64,000 bases of DNA from Eledone cirrhosa (GCA_964016885.1 OZ024750.1:32922001-32986000); one strand, 5' to 3'; positions 39,565-53,978 are shown, counted from the stretch's first letter. Program-made: numbers and translations. Notes: a model not told the origin generated them from the sequence alone.

Positions 39565-41523
39565 TATATTGCTTTTTCTTTCTTTTTTTTCTATATTATT
39601 TTATATTTATCTTTTATAAATATCCCTGTGATTTCCAATCTTGTATGTTCCCTAAATCTAGTCTGAGGGATAAAGTTAAAAGTTTCTACGTAACCACATC
39701 AGCCACCTCATCTCTAAAGATTCCCAGTGCTCCATCACAGTTCCGCCTCAAGTAAACATGTTTGCTACTATAGTAGCAAACATGTTTACTTGAATAATTC
39801 CCTACCTTATAATTAACCTTTCCACATACATTATTATTCCTCATAAATATTGATTCTAACATAGATTGAGTTAAAACTCCTTTATTTATGGCATTCCATT
39901 TCACATGAAAGAGAATCCTTACATAGTTACTTGATAGGGGCGTCTTGATTAGAAAAGATTTCCGACGAGCTATAAAACTTGGTAAGTAAAATCTGCAAAT
40001 CAAAGTAAGATATCGATAAAATATACTTAAATATGTATTTGATAGATCAATGACTATAATCATAAAAAATGTGGAATGAACAACGAACAAGAATTTGAAT
40101 CCATACAATGAATAACAAAAGTGAGCAAACATTTTTACACGCCTGAGTTCAGTAAACCAAGAGATTATAGTTTCAGTTTGTAGAGTGGAAATAACTCACA
40201 GTTTGATACGAAATACATAGTAAACTATTTAAGGATAAGAATGGCTAAAAATTGTAACATCTGTTTCAAGTCCGGCGGCTCATCAGACCGGTACTTATCC
40301 ATTTACCGAAGCGTGAAGAAAGTGAGAATACAGGACGCCCCCTGAACAGGATGCCGGTCTATCGTACGGTTAAGCTGCCAGCTATTGCTGGTACTCATTT
40401 TCAGCTGAGTATTCTGGAGCAACATGAAATGTGTGTTGTCAAGAACACAACACACATTTTGATCGTAAGTCCAACACCCTTACCACTAGGCCACAAACGA
40501 ATAAGTTGACTATGTGATTGAGAGAGTATTTTACTGTATCAACATCCGACATAGAATCAAACGGCCGCGAGGCAATCTCTAATTTATTGCGAAAGGCATA
40601 GGCACTAAAGAGCTACTTTCGTATGCACAACAGTGATCAGGAAAAGCAAGTTGCACCAGACACAGCTGGCTACTCATTGGTTTAAAATAGTGTTGAATAG
40701 AGTTAGGTGAGACACAGAAGCAATTTAATGTCTGGAATGGATTTTGATGTGATTTTGTCAGTGAAATGAAAACCCAATAGGCCATGAGAAGTACAAACCA
40801 TAACAGACTTTTAAAACCACTTTTCGTGTGAAGTTTCAATAAAACAAAACTTTAACTACACTCGAAACGGTTTAGAATAAAATCTATGTAAAATTGATTA
40901 GTTAATTGTACATCGAAATAAAATCAATTATAATTGATTGATTGGTTTGTTTTCCCGTTTTTTTTATTTAAACTAAGTGTTGAAGTGTGGCATAGCGTTT
41001 AAACTTTGTTTGATGTCATATATAAATCTGGGAGCTTTCGTTTTCAGGCTAATGTAACATATCAGTAGGTCAGTAGGTCGTATTTACAAAGGGCCGATAA
41101 CAAAATTGTCAAACTTATTCAAATAATTCCGACATTTTCGACGAAATAAAAACTTTTGAAGTTTAGACTTTAGCATTATTTTAAAATGTTAGTTTCCTTT
41201 TTTGAATTTTCTTTCCTCCAATGAATCAACCTTCCTTTTAGATAACATTTGTAAAAAAGATAACTTTAGTTCGAGCGTCGAAGCGATGCTATTTTGTATA
41301 GATTTCATTTCTCGCCAATTAATTTTTCACCAATTCTTATGTTTTAGTTGCTAGAATTGAGTAAATCCAAAGGTCTGAAAATCATTGACAAAGACATGTC
41401 CATGGTACACTTGGACAATTGGAAAATAACTAAGACGCTTTTAAAAATAAGTGAAATCGTTAGCTTACCAATACGAATATACTCATATATAAATATTTAG
41501 AAGAACACACACACACACGCACA

Positions 41524-41578
<55 letters not shown>

Positions 41579-41701
41579 TCTTCTAAATATTTATATCCCC
41601 ACTCTTAAGCGAGAAACTAATATTAATATTTTGTACTGCCTCTTCGCTTCCACGTTGTTTTTTTGTTTTTTGTTTTTTTTTTGTTTTTTGTTTACTGTCT
41701 C

Positions 41702-41772
<71 letters not shown>

Positions 41773-41773
41773 C

Positions 41774-41846
41774 ACAGGGTGTTCCATAAAATGTATACAC
41801 ACTTTTATTAGGATGCTGTTGAAGTATGTAATACATTTTATTGGGA

Positions 41847-41852
<6 letters not shown>
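41774..41852. mobile_element. Tiny Tc1/mariner-like MITE
   Basis: CAGGGTGTTCCATAAAATGTAT...ATACATTTTATTGGGACCCCC imperfect TIRs. Confidence 0.55.
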
Positions 41853-41914
<62 letters not shown>

Positions 41915-41917
<3 letters not shown>

Positions 41918-42230
41918 AAATTAAATTAAGGGTGTCATATCTTTGTATATATTTCATTAAATAAAGAAATATATTTCCCCATCAATCGGTAAATCACAGT
42001 AGTCAAATCGTGGATTCTCACCAAAGAAGAATATTTAACTTACTGTGATTCACCGATTGATGGTGAAATATATTTCTTTATTTAATGAAATATATACAAA
42101 GGAGATTAATCATTTTAAAAGGTATCTATATTTGAAGTTCTAGTTAAACTTTAATTAGTTACCTACCTAGCTGTGTGTGCTTACACACTTTACAAATTGT
42201 TCCCTGTGATTGTTTCATATGTTTATTTTA
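41915..42230. mobile_element. Fold-back insert in (TA)n: arms about 41942-42000/42042-42100
   Basis: Inverted arms of about 60 bp containing GAAA-TATA-TT; a related single arm lies at about 50020-50195. Confidence 0.7.
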
Positions 42231-42267
42231 TATATATATATGTCAATCAATTTCTAGTTGATATATA

Positions 42268-42331
<64 letters not shown>

Positions 42332-42689
42332 TCTCTTGGACAACGGGGAATCGAATCTAACGTACTGCAAGTAATAAAATAGACAAGCTTTTCATTTTCA
42401 TTACAATATGTAATTTATTTATATTTGCACAAATTAAGAAAATACTATATTGTTAACAATATATTGGAAGTAAGTAATTTATCATTTACTATGTTAATCG
42501 GTTGATTGCTTGCTCCAGTTACATAGGAATTTTAATTACCGAAACTAAGCAATTAATCAAATTCGAGAGTAATTAAATATTTTTAATATTCCGATATTTT
42601 AAAGAAACTATTCAGAAAATGATATGTCACTATCGGATAGAGGGTTTAGACGCCTTTCTGAAATGTATTCATTACTTTTACATTGCTCC

Positions 42690-42935
42690 GATACTAGAGG
42701 TCACAGCTCCGATACTATGGACGGGTGGTGAGAATGTCTCGAGAAAGAATCGCTGGACAGATTTTACGGGTGAAACCAACACGTAGGAAACCCAGGGGTA
42801 GACACAGAACAAGAAATGGGTGGATAACATCCATGGCTGGTCACGCTTGGGGTTCCAACCGGATCAATTGGAGGACCTTCTGGAAGGAGCGTATGAGGAC
42901 TCGGCCCCCACGAGTCTCTCAGGAATAAGCAGGTG
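42690..42935 (+). pseudogene. RTE-like LINE C-terminal remnant
   Basis: QLRYYGRVVRMSRERIAGQILRVKPTRRKPRGRHRTR; related pieces at 60870-61090 and 61155-61265. Confidence 0.7.
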
Positions 42936-43075
42936 AAGTAAATAAGAAGGCCTTTACATTGCTAATACATACAGGAAACTTACAGAAATTATCAATTTCT
43001 CATCCCATACGTCATCTTTCTGATGTTTGATATTTTATCAACTTCAGATCATGTTTAAAATACAGTAGTATAATT

Positions 43076-43253
43076 AATTGTTTCTACTTTTGGCACAAGG
43101 CCAGCCATTATCCCAGTGTATTACTGGTACTTTATTTTATCGACCCTGTAAGGATGAAAGGCAAAGTTAACCTCGCTGGGATTTGAACTCAGACCACAAA
43201 GGACCGCAACTCTTTGCTGCAAAGCATGGCGCCCGACCCTCTACCGATACTGC
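43076..43253 (-). mobile_element. SINE family A
   Basis: Reverse-complement copy. Confidence 0.88.
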
Positions 43254-43559
43254 TTTACAGTAGTATAATTAATACGAGGCATTGTGAGATATGTAATAAA
43301 TGACTGATAGGTTTAAAAAAAAGCGGTATAATGCGTCTGAAATATATAAAGAGCAAAATATGACAAATAAAACAAAACAATGTTTTACCCAGTATATTTC
43401 TGGGCTACAACTCTCTTTTCAAATGTGAAACGGAAACTGTCCAAAACAAAAACGACATTTTATAATCATTCTTGAAATTTCAAACGGGTATATATGCTGC
43501 TATGACGCCATGTAATTAATTTTCTTATTAATATTGAAGTATCCTATAATTATCAAATT

Positions 43560-44622
43560 CAACTATGGCAGGCTGGAATGTTTGGGGTAGAGGAAGCACA
43601 TATCCAGTTTGAATCGGTTTAGATCTTGTAGCTGGACGTATGAGAGTTATTCTCTCAGCTACCTTCGGAACACCACGAGACACGAGTAGTATCATGGCCT
43701 GGGGAGGTTTCTTAACTTGGTATTTCTGATCCTATTCATCGTTTAATTCCCACCATGACGTAGGAAGTATGCAAAGGGGTTGTGAGAAAAATATTTTGCC
43801 ATATTCTGATGTTAATTTGCCCCACAAATGGATCTCATTGCATGATAACGACCACACACGTACCACATGTTCTATAGAGAAATTCATTTCCGATAAAAAA
43901 TAAATAAAACATTAGACCAATCGCCTGGCTCCTTCAATCCGCCGATTTAAATTCGATCGAAAATATTTGGAACGCAGTCGATTATGACATCAAAGACGAG
44001 AAAGTGTCGAATTTCAACAATCTGTTGAGTGTGATCAAAGAATAATGGGAAGAAATTACCATTTCTCACTGCCAGCGCCTGATTGATTCCATGGATCACA
44101 GATGTTGAAAAATAATTGAGAGATGGTATCACACTTGATATTGACCACTGAATATAATTCATTCAATAGGAAACTGCTGTGTATGTTAATAATTGTTTCC
44201 ATTTTTGGCACAAGGCCAGCAATTACCCAGTACATTACTGGTACTTTATTTTATCGACCCCGTAAGGATGAAAGGCAAAGTTAACCTCGGCGGGATTTGA
44301 ACTCATATCATAAAGAGAAGTAACTCTATGCTTCAAAGCATGGTGTCCGACTCTCTACCGATACTGCCAATCCAACGCCCTTTGTTAATAATATCGCCAG
44401 TTCTTGCTTTCCATATCTGCCGCCTCCTTCAATCCTGTATGCACAATGAAAATTATAGCACATTAATACTAAAATAAAAAACCTTTTAACAGATAACTAA
44501 TAATTTTTGGCAGAATATTCAATGAGAGATTACATTTCTTTTTTCTATTTGCTTTTTAAAGCATAACATTTATACAAGTGTCAAGAATTTTCTAAATGAT
44601 TAAAAACGCATGGCGGTAACTG
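43560..44622 (+). pseudogene. Tc1 transposase remnant (DDE domain) with a SINE at 44189-44380
   Basis: MAWGGF, HDNDHTR and WLLQSADLNSIENIWN (the WPSQSPDLNPIENLW motif); possible right terminus ...GGCGGTAACTG|TA. Confidence 0.75.
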
Positions 44623-45013
44623 TATAAACATATAAAATAGAAAAGAGCCACAGCTTTCTTTTTGCTTGTGAGCATTTACAGTGCCTAGGTATTGAAATAC
44701 TGGATTGGTTAGTTCCGAGGGGAAGATATGTTCAACCACTGCTAGCGATAACACTTCCAAAGTATTTCCTTCTGCTTAGATGTATCCAACAGATTGCATT
44801 GTTAACGGTTGACGATGTTGACGATGTTGCGTCTTTCAATTGCTTCCTACAATCTTCTTTGTATTCCCAGTGATGCAGCTGTCTTCGTACAAAACAAATC
44901 TCAGTATTTAGTTAGAACTGATCTTCTCTGTCGTACTACTATCTCTCACGCATTAATCATGAGGGTAATTAGGATCTCACACACAGACACAGACACATAC
45001 ACATATTTATATT

Positions 45014-45078
<65 letters not shown>

Positions 45079-48000
45079 TTAGACACACACATATATATCA
45101 AATGACGCCTTATTCCCATCCTAAAATAAAAATAAAAATAAAAATAAAAATAAAAATAAAAATAAAAATAAAAATAAAAATAAAAATAGTTTTATAGAGG
45201 CAAAAATGGCGTTTCAAGATTGATTGAAAATTTAGGCAAATAATATTATGTATTTCGTGCTTATTTGAAAGAGAAATACTTACGATTAGTGTCTTACTGA
45301 TAGAATCGGTTACTGATTAGTTAAGTAATAAATTGCCGCAGTGGGTGGTTAAAACATAGAAATTGAAACCTGCAATGATAACGTGCAATGTAGGTATGTA
45401 TGGATCTGTAACCCTTGCACACTTGAAACCTGGCGGAATTCATTCTTCTCCAAGTCTGGACACAGTCAAATTCCTTAGGAGAAAGGAGAGAGGGCTAGAG
45501 AAAATGTGAGAAAGAGATATAAATGACAAATCGACCATAGTAAGGATAACAAATTTAAGTCGACCTTGGCTTGAACGGAGAGCAGAGAGGGCTGGTTGGT
45601 TATCACAAAGTATTCTGACCGACGTTGTAACGATTCAATAACTTACACTACGAATATTATATCTATTACAGAGATATCTATCATGAAATTCATACAATAG
45701 ATATGTACTAGCTATTGTGTGTTTCACAACAATGCACCGAAGCACCTTTATGAATATTCAATGCAGAAACACACGATAACTGATCACAGTTTCCGATATA
45801 TTTGTACTTACCATTAAAACATTTCTATCATGATTTTTAAAATGGAATATTTTCCTTAATGTAAAATACTTTTTGATACAATCATACAATTGCTATTTTT
45901 GGAGATTGGCTTGTAGAAGTTAAGATAAAAATTTAAATAAAATATAAAGAAATGAAATAAATGAAGAACTGTTCACATGCTGAAGAATAGTTGCACCAAT
46001 GAAAGAGTATGATTCTCCGAGGATAATTATTTTCCACCCATTTATAGAAATGATATTTCTATTCTGAGAAAAATTCCAATTTTTATTGTTCAGTCAATCG
46101 TTGGAACAAAGGCTCAATTATTCTCTTTGTTTCTCAGTTAATTGCTTTATCAATAGATACTGTCCAAAATAATAGTTTACTTTCTTTGTGCTAAGGTATC
46201 ACCTGATTTTCTTTTAAACTTAAACGTATTTCTTCTAACCTCTCTGACAATGAATCGGAATAATTTTGGTTAAACATTTCTGAAATCGTTTATTATTTTT
46301 CTTCTATATTCCCAAATGATTTATTTTTCATTAAAAGCTTCGATGATTGAAGTTTAATCAATTTTCTGTTCTTTCTAATTTTAACAGATTTTGAGGATAA
46401 ACTAATTTCTTTATGAATAACTGCCGCATAATATTATATTTCCAATATTCATGAAAAACAGTAAAACATTCATTAAACTACCGTTCATTTTCTTAGAGTA
46501 AAAAATGTAAATTACAAATATGAAATAATAAACTAGATATTTGGGGAATAGTAATTACAGAAGAATGAAAAAAAAAAAAAACGACACTAAATTTAAGCTC
46601 AAATATATTTTCTCTCGAGGTTTCCATCTTAAATATATGTACTCCCAGATATTAAGAATAGAATTACCACGGATATTTGATATTTCTTTTAGGTATTTAT
46701 ATAAGGATTGATATCATTATCTTAGAAAGATGTTGACATTATATGCATTGTCTCCAGTGCTTTCAAAATTTAACATTGCTATATTGTGTTGTTTTTAAAT
46801 GAGCTTCTGCTACTTCTTCTTAAGCAAGCATAATCTGTTCTTCCTCTTAAGCAAGCATAATCGTTATTTACAATAATATAACGTTGTAGTTTTTATTTCC
46901 TTCAATATTTCGATCCATTAGGTATATATTAAAAGGAGGCGTTGAATTGGTAGAGCGTCAAAGAGAATGTGATGTGGTATATAGTTATGATACGTTTATT
47001 ACTGAGTTCAAATCCTACCAAGTTCAAGTTTCAGCCGAGAATGAATGTCAAAGTTGATCTTGACGAGATTTAAGCTTAGAGAGCAAAGACCCGCCAGTCA
47101 AGTACAGGGCTCGATTCAATTGTTTATGTCCTGATCCCCACTAAATATGAGCCACATTAAAATATTAGTAATCAATATACGTAATTGTTATTATAGAAGA
47201 ATAAATAAAGAGCTAGCTAAGCAGGAGAGGGAACACATTCGGTTATTGTAATCGAGGTATACATACACTAAAGTAACTATACTGGGGAACGTTGTAATCG
47301 GTGTATATACTGATCCAGGCGAATCAATAATTTTAGTGTAGCAGTATTGCTACGTTGAAAATAATTTTATACTACATTTCATTCTTCACACGCGCCCTAA
47401 AAACAAAACACATGACTTTCACTTCAATCGAATTCGATATCAATTAACAGAGAAGGCCAGAGTAAAATTTTAAATAGAAAACAAGAAAGAAAAACGAAAA
47501 CGGAAACTGAATCTGCGTAAAATTCAAATAGAATCTGATAATGTTAAATCCTAGTATCTTTTCACATCACAAAATGGCTGCAAAACCTAGTTAAATAGCT
47601 CCTCTGTAATCAACACTGGAGGTATGATTGATTGGGTGTGGTTTTTCATCAGATACTATACTCTTTAATCTCTTTAACACCTGCAAAAGGATTATTTTCA
47701 AGATAAAGAAATTTCCGAGGAAGTAGTAAGCTATCAGTGCTTTAGAATGTTTGATCAACTTGTTGTTTAGCATAAATCAACCCTGAGCAAGATAAATCAC
47801 GATAAGCAACATTCCAACTGTGACTCTTCCCTCTTTTTAGATATATATAGGACTACATTAAATGATGTGTCTTGCGTTTGTTTAATGTTCTGGGGTAAGA
47901 TACAAGAGGAATGTTGCTGTTATATCAAGCAGGGCACTGACAGCGTAGTGTTTTGGTAACCAGGATACATTTATTATATTCTGTTGTTTATAGTTTCTCT

Positions 48001-48159
48001 AATTATACCTAATAAAATACACACAATTACTTACAATCCCTATATATAGATAGATATAGATCGATACAGATCGAACCTTGAGCTGATCAGTGGCGAAACG
48101 CGCGTCACCTATCAATAAATGCAATGAAGGAGTAATCAATCGTCCTTGTTATCCTTTCA

Positions 48160-48194
<35 letters not shown>

Positions 48195-48209
48195 TGTGTG
48201 TGTAAATCT

Positions 48210-48406
48210 AATATAGAAATAGTTTCTACAGGACTAGATATGTTTCATTGGAAGGAAATTTACCAGCAAAGGCCCCGATAATTTCCTTTTAATTAAACAG
48301 TTCTAGTCCTGTAGAAGGTATTTCTATATTAAATGTTGTTGTATACACTCTACTAATGTACTGAGTACCTTATTTATTGTGGTTACCCCCGATTGAACTG
48401 GAGACT
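48210..48406 (+). mobile_element. Diverged fold-back insert: arms 48210-48260/48280-48330 plus tail hairpin 48347-48366
   Basis: Imperfect inverted arms; the right arm and tail are homologous to the non-fold-back insert at 49368-49506. Confidence 0.7.
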
Positions 48407-48417
48407 TTCTCTCTCTC

Positions 48418-48489
<72 letters not shown>

Positions 48490-48808
48490 TCTCTCTCTCA
48501 CTCTCTCTCTCTCTCTCTCTCATCCTATTTTACTAATGGAACTATTCACGGAACTATATTCCGGCGGTAAAACGCTTCTCAAAATCGAGCTCAATCAGAC
48601 TTTGATATTCATTGGTTTCTCAGCGTTTGAGCTCGGTTTAAGACAAGAAAAATCCATGTCCTATTTCAATGGTGAGTTATGATAAAGAATTAGTTTCCAT
48701 GAAATATCGATGGGCAGCAGTTATTGCAGTTTCTGAAAATTTAGATAATTTTTTATGTACGAAATAAATTTAAAAGAATCAATCAAGCAGAATATCATGT
48801 ACATTTAA

Positions 48809-49183
48809 TAATAGTTTCTACTTTTGGCACAAGGCCAGCAAATACCCAGTGTATTACTGGTACTTTATTGTATCGACCCCGTAAGGATGAAAGGCAAAGT
48901 TAACCTCGGTGGGATTTGAACCTCAGAATGGCAAGGGCCGTAACTCTTGGCGTCAAAGCATGGCGTCCGACCCTCTACCTATACTGCAAATCCATTAATA
49001 ATTGTTTCTACTTTTGGCACAAGGCCAGCAATTATCCCAGTGTATTACTGGTACTTTATTTTATCGACCACGTAAGGATGAAAGGCAAAGTTAACCTCGG
49101 CGGGATTTGAACTCAGTCCGTAAAGGGACGTAACTGTGGTGCAAAGCATGGCGTCTGACCCTCTACCGATACTGCGAATCCAT
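48809..49183 (-). mobile_element. Two head-to-tail SINE family A copies
   Basis: 48809-48993 and 48998-49183. Confidence 0.9.
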
Positions 49184-49304
49184 TAATAATGAAAGCATAC
49201 CAAATTAAGTTAAACTCCACAGCCTCTGTAATTATTTCACCTTTCTATGCTCATTATATATGTGTGTATATATTTATGAATACACGCACACAGACCCACA
49301 CACA

Positions 49305-49367
<63 letters not shown>

Positions 49368-49506
49368 CCCAGGGCTTCCTGATCATTTCTCCCGAATGAA
49401 ATGGTTCTAGTCCTGTAGAAGCCATTTCTGTATTAAATATTTATACTCTACTGTGTATTGAGTACCTTACTTACTGTGTTTACCCCCGATTAAATCCGGG
49501 ATAACA
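49368..49506 (+). mobile_element. Short insert in (TA)n with a hammerhead 3' half and tail hairpin
   Basis: GAAA-TGGT-TC-TAGTCC; hairpin 49445-49463. Confidence 0.65.
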
Positions 49507-49521
49507 TATATATATATACAG

Positions 49522-49563
<42 letters not shown>

Positions 49564-49596
49564 GTGTGTGTGTGTTTATATATATATATATATGTG

Positions 49597-49634
<38 letters not shown>

Positions 49635-49792
49635 TATGTGTGTGTGTTTTTATATATATATATATGTGTATGTATATATATATATATATATATACATACA
49701 TATATATGTGTGTGTGTGTTTATATATATATATGTGTATGTATATATATATACATATACATATATATGTGTGCGTGTGTGTGTTTATATATA

Positions 49793-49899
<107 letters not shown>

Positions 49900-49929
49900 A
49901 TGTATATATATATATATATATATATATAA

Positions 49930-50019
<90 letters not shown>

Positions 50020-50866
50020 TACCAAAATTAGATTAAAGATGCCCTATCTGACAATATCACAAGCATGCGCCATGCCACCTGTGGAATAAGCTCGAAAATT
50101 CCATTGAAGAAAAATATCACCATTAATCGGTAAATCATAGAAGTTAAATCTTGGATCATCGGCAGATGAGAAGATTCAACTATCTATGATTACACACTAA
50201 AAGCAAATCAGGGAATAACAGTGAAAAGGCACACGTGGTTTTAAAAAATACATCGCCCCGCCGTCAATATAGTGGCAGGAATAGGGTTATCGACAGCTAG
50301 AAATAACAGCCACGTCCTTTGAACATAAAAGGCTCTACTAACAGACTTAGGAGCCGTAAATACTAACAAAATTAGCTTAAAGATGCCACTTCACTTGTAA
50401 TTCTAAACAATTTAATTTAATTTTATATTATAATTTTACAATGTGGCTTTGTAGATCTTGTAAGTTCTTTGCTAACTTTGGTGGGTAGATTTTAAAAAGA
50501 TTCCTGGTTAACTTTCCAGGAGAACTTTCTCACATTCATCGATGGCGATTGTCATACTGATCTCAGGTTGTGTTGTGATGTGTGACTCTCTATATAAGAG
50601 AGATTTGGGTGTGTGTATGGGGGGGGGGGTTAATGAGTGTGGGAGTGACGAAGGTTGGAGTCTCCCGGACTACCCGGGAGACTCCAACCGTGAAGGTTGC
50701 ATTTTTCAGGGTATGTCAATATTTATTTATAAAACTAATCTATATTATATTTTATCTGATGAAAGCGCACCATAATCTGCCTTGGTGGCCCTTGAAATAT
50801 GTATAATGAAATAAATATGGTTTTATAAATATAGTTTCCATTTGTTAATATATTGTATATATATAC

Positions 50867-50910
<44 letters not shown>

Positions 50911-50930
50911 GTATATATATATATATATAT

Positions 50931-51352
50931 AATATTATAATAGAATATAAAAGAAAAAACATTTCGAATAAACCTGGCTGCTATTTTTAGTGGTGTAAGT
51001 TTGTGAGACACACTAAGATACCATGTGCGCTATATTATATATAACATACTATTCAGTGTCTTAATATACTTAGAAGTGTCTAGGGTACTAATTCATCACC
51101 CACTGATGAGCTTGAAATGGTAATTCTATTCACAATTAACATTGCGAAACGACACCAAGTTGTCTGGGTGATTGGTAGTTACCACAATTCCGGTTTGTAT
51201 TTATTTTCTTGATTCTTTTCTTAAATTGAGACAAGCAAACCCAATTGTCTATAGTTAGTATTCTTTTCACCTTAGCGAATCCGGTCCCTTGCGATATGAA
51301 CACATATATGTATATATCTGTGTTCGTTTTTCTTTTATATTCTATTATAATA
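50931..51352 (+). mobile_element. Insert in (TA)n with ~25-bp terminal inverted repeats and an internal hammerhead
   Basis: TATTATAATAGAATATAAAAGAAAA/TTTTCTTTTATATTCTATTATAATA. Confidence 0.7.
51095..51172 (+). ncRNA. Type I hammerhead ribozyme with a full helix III and GUC site
   Basis: ATCACCCA-CTGATGA-GC...GC-GAA-ACGAC(ACCAA)GTTGT-C-TGGGTGAT. Confidence 0.9.
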
Positions 51353-51830
51353 TATGTATATATACCTTTAATATATCTATATAGCCGTTAATGTGCATAA
51401 GGAAAGTATATACTTTCAGACGTTCAACCATCTGGCAAGAAGGTATACGATGCTGACGATAGCTAATAAGCTTTAAACTAGTACATCGTTCCTGTGTCAG
51501 TGTTGAACAAAAAGGTGACGTGGTTGTCTAAACACTGTACGGCGTAATTCGGGCTGTTTGTTTGTTTACAAACAAACCGAACATTATAATAGGTGTTCGG
51601 TAAACCGATACGTGCATATATATATATATATGTGTGCATGTATGTATATATATACATACTACTGTACGTCTGTATACATATATGTATGTACGTATACATA
51701 CATACTTACATTTATAAGTGCCGTACTAAGAGGGAGAAATGAAATTTCGTTTCATTCTATTCCATTTATATATATATATATGTGTGTGTGTGTATATATT
51801 TATATATATATGTATATATATATATATATA

Positions 51831-52027
51831 TAACGAAGGAGTTGTGGTAAGGAGCCAGGTGGACCATAACGCACCAGAGTACTCAATACTTAGGGTAGTA
51901 GAGTGGGTAATAGGAAAATGTATGACCCCGACGGCAGAGCTCAAGCCGTTTCGACGGCTATTTCTAGTCCAGAAATAGCCCTTCGAAAGGGCTTGAGCTC
52001 TGCCGTTGGGGTCATAGATTTTCCTAT
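51831..52027 (-). mobile_element. Fold-back family of 36613, copy 2
   Basis: Arms 51910-51965/51971-52027; tail hairpin 51881-51904 (minus). Confidence 0.88.
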
Positions 52028-52949
52028 ATATATATATGTATACCGTATGTGTATATGTAGAAATATAAGTAAGCTCTTTTACGTACATATTTGAAGGTAT
52101 TGACCTAGTTTGTCAATTGTATTGTTAGTCATCACATGTTTACATACTACAGTGTGTTATAGATTTTCTGTAAGGTTTCACGCAATATCAGCTCTACTAT
52201 TCTACTGGCAGACGAAGAAAGCTAGCTACAATTAAAGTCTGAACAGACTTCCTGGAAGCAATTCTTCCACATTTATCAAAGTTGATTAAAAACAGGGATT
52301 TTTGTTATTTACTGTTAGTTAAATTTTCTGTGAAACGTTTCTTCCATTTTAGTTAGCACAGATGCAATAGACATACATACACACATACATACACACATAC
52401 ACATACACACATACACACATACATTCGAACATTTCCACTCCCACACAAACTCTCACACGTATGCCCATATGATATATATGTTACCACATATGGTGAAAAC
52501 AGCTTGTATAATAACTTCACTCACAACCCCCCCCCCTACACACACACACACATGTGGTGGATGAAAGTTCATCACTGAATTAAAGTGTTCATCTGTTTCT
52601 TAAAGATCTTACTGTGAAGTCGTATGGCTTACGGGTTAGTGTTTCCAGCTGATGATCGTAAGATGGGAAGTTCAATTGCCGGCCGTGGGTTGCTTCGTAA
52701 ATGTGAGCGAAAGAGAGATTTGAAGGGCTTGGTCTGGAGAGTGATTAGTTATGGGGCACTCTGTGTATTCTACTTTTTTTCTTGTGTATGAGGTGGGCCC
52801 CAAACCAGATGTGTATCGGACCCCTAAGATCTAAATCCAACCGTGGATACGAGAGCGAAACAACAAAATAAAACTAGCAGATATTTTGGTGGATATATAT
52901 ACGAAACACGAAAGTAATGTTATAGCATACTGTAGCAGTAGCCTCCCTT

Positions 52950-53135
52950 GTTGTGACTCACAACCCCAATAGATTAACATCTAGACGGGAAGTAGAACCC
53001 TTTCTGTAACTTCCGGCAGAGCCCTATAAAACGAATAGCTTTCGGCTCTCTCCCTCTCACTGGCCCTTCCGGCGCCTGGCCTTCGCCAGGCGTCTTCTGC
53101 CAGCCGCTTTTGCCTGGCAATCAAAACGGTAACTA
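52950..53135 (+). promoter_or_regulatory. Candidate Pol II promoter and first non-coding exon
   Basis: TGACTCA, GGAAGT and CTTCCGG motifs, CTATAAAA at about 53024, a pyrimidine tract 25-30 nt downstream, a local CpG rise and a donor-like CG|GTAACT at about 53128. Confidence 0.4.
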
Positions 53136-53709
53136 CTAACTTTGCTTCATTCTTTCGTTTATTCATTGACATGTCAACTATACTGTTAAATTGTTGATTA
53201 AATATTATACACACAAACCATGTCTCCTTGTTACATTCATACACCGCTAGTTCTTCGCTATAATACATTACAGGAAATCCACCATAAACGAAAGCATAGA
53301 CATTTGGAGAAGACATCAAATTGGTTGTAAAATAAAATAACTTTCCTGATAACTGAAATGTTGAAGTGTATCAGAAAGAACAAACTTTTTCGGCTATTTC
53401 CGTAAAACATTAATAGTTTTACAATGACAATTCTACAATATGACTTTTATCTTAGATATTGTAACTTAATTAATATAATGTTTTATTTCCTGTCTAGATT
53501 TAAAAGCATATATACACATATACACACACACATATGCTTACATACACATGTACACACACAGGCTTACACACATACCCTCACGCACATGCTCGTTCTCTCT
53601 CTCCCCCACACACACAAGCAACCCTCCAATATCTATATCTATCTATCTATCTGTCTATCTGTCTATCTATCTGTCTATCTATCTGTCTATCTACCTGTCT
53701 ATCTATCTG

Positions 53710-53770
<61 letters not shown>

Positions 53771-53782
53771 ATATATATATAT

Positions 53783-53978
53783 ATAACAAAGGAATTGAGG
53801 TAAGGAACCAGATGGACCATAACGCACCAGAATACTCAATACTTAGGGTAGTAGAGTGGGAAATAGGAAAAAGTATGACCCCGACGGCAGATCTCAAGCC
53901 GTTTCGACGGCTATTTCAGTCCAGAAATAGCCGTCGAAACGGTTTGAACTCTGCCGTCGGGGTCATACTTTTTCCTTT
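53783..53978 (-). mobile_element. Fold-back family of 36613, copy 3
   Basis: Same palindrome and tail; hairpin 53834-53857 (minus). Confidence 0.88.

Noticed and set aside
39938-39987. Small AG...GTAAGT exon-like segment
   Set aside because: Too short, with no recognisable peptide or partner exons.
45975-46012. CTGAAGA...GAAA hammerhead-like strings (also at 59155 and 60555 on the minus strand, and 50756)
   Set aside because: No credible stem I or stem II pairing.
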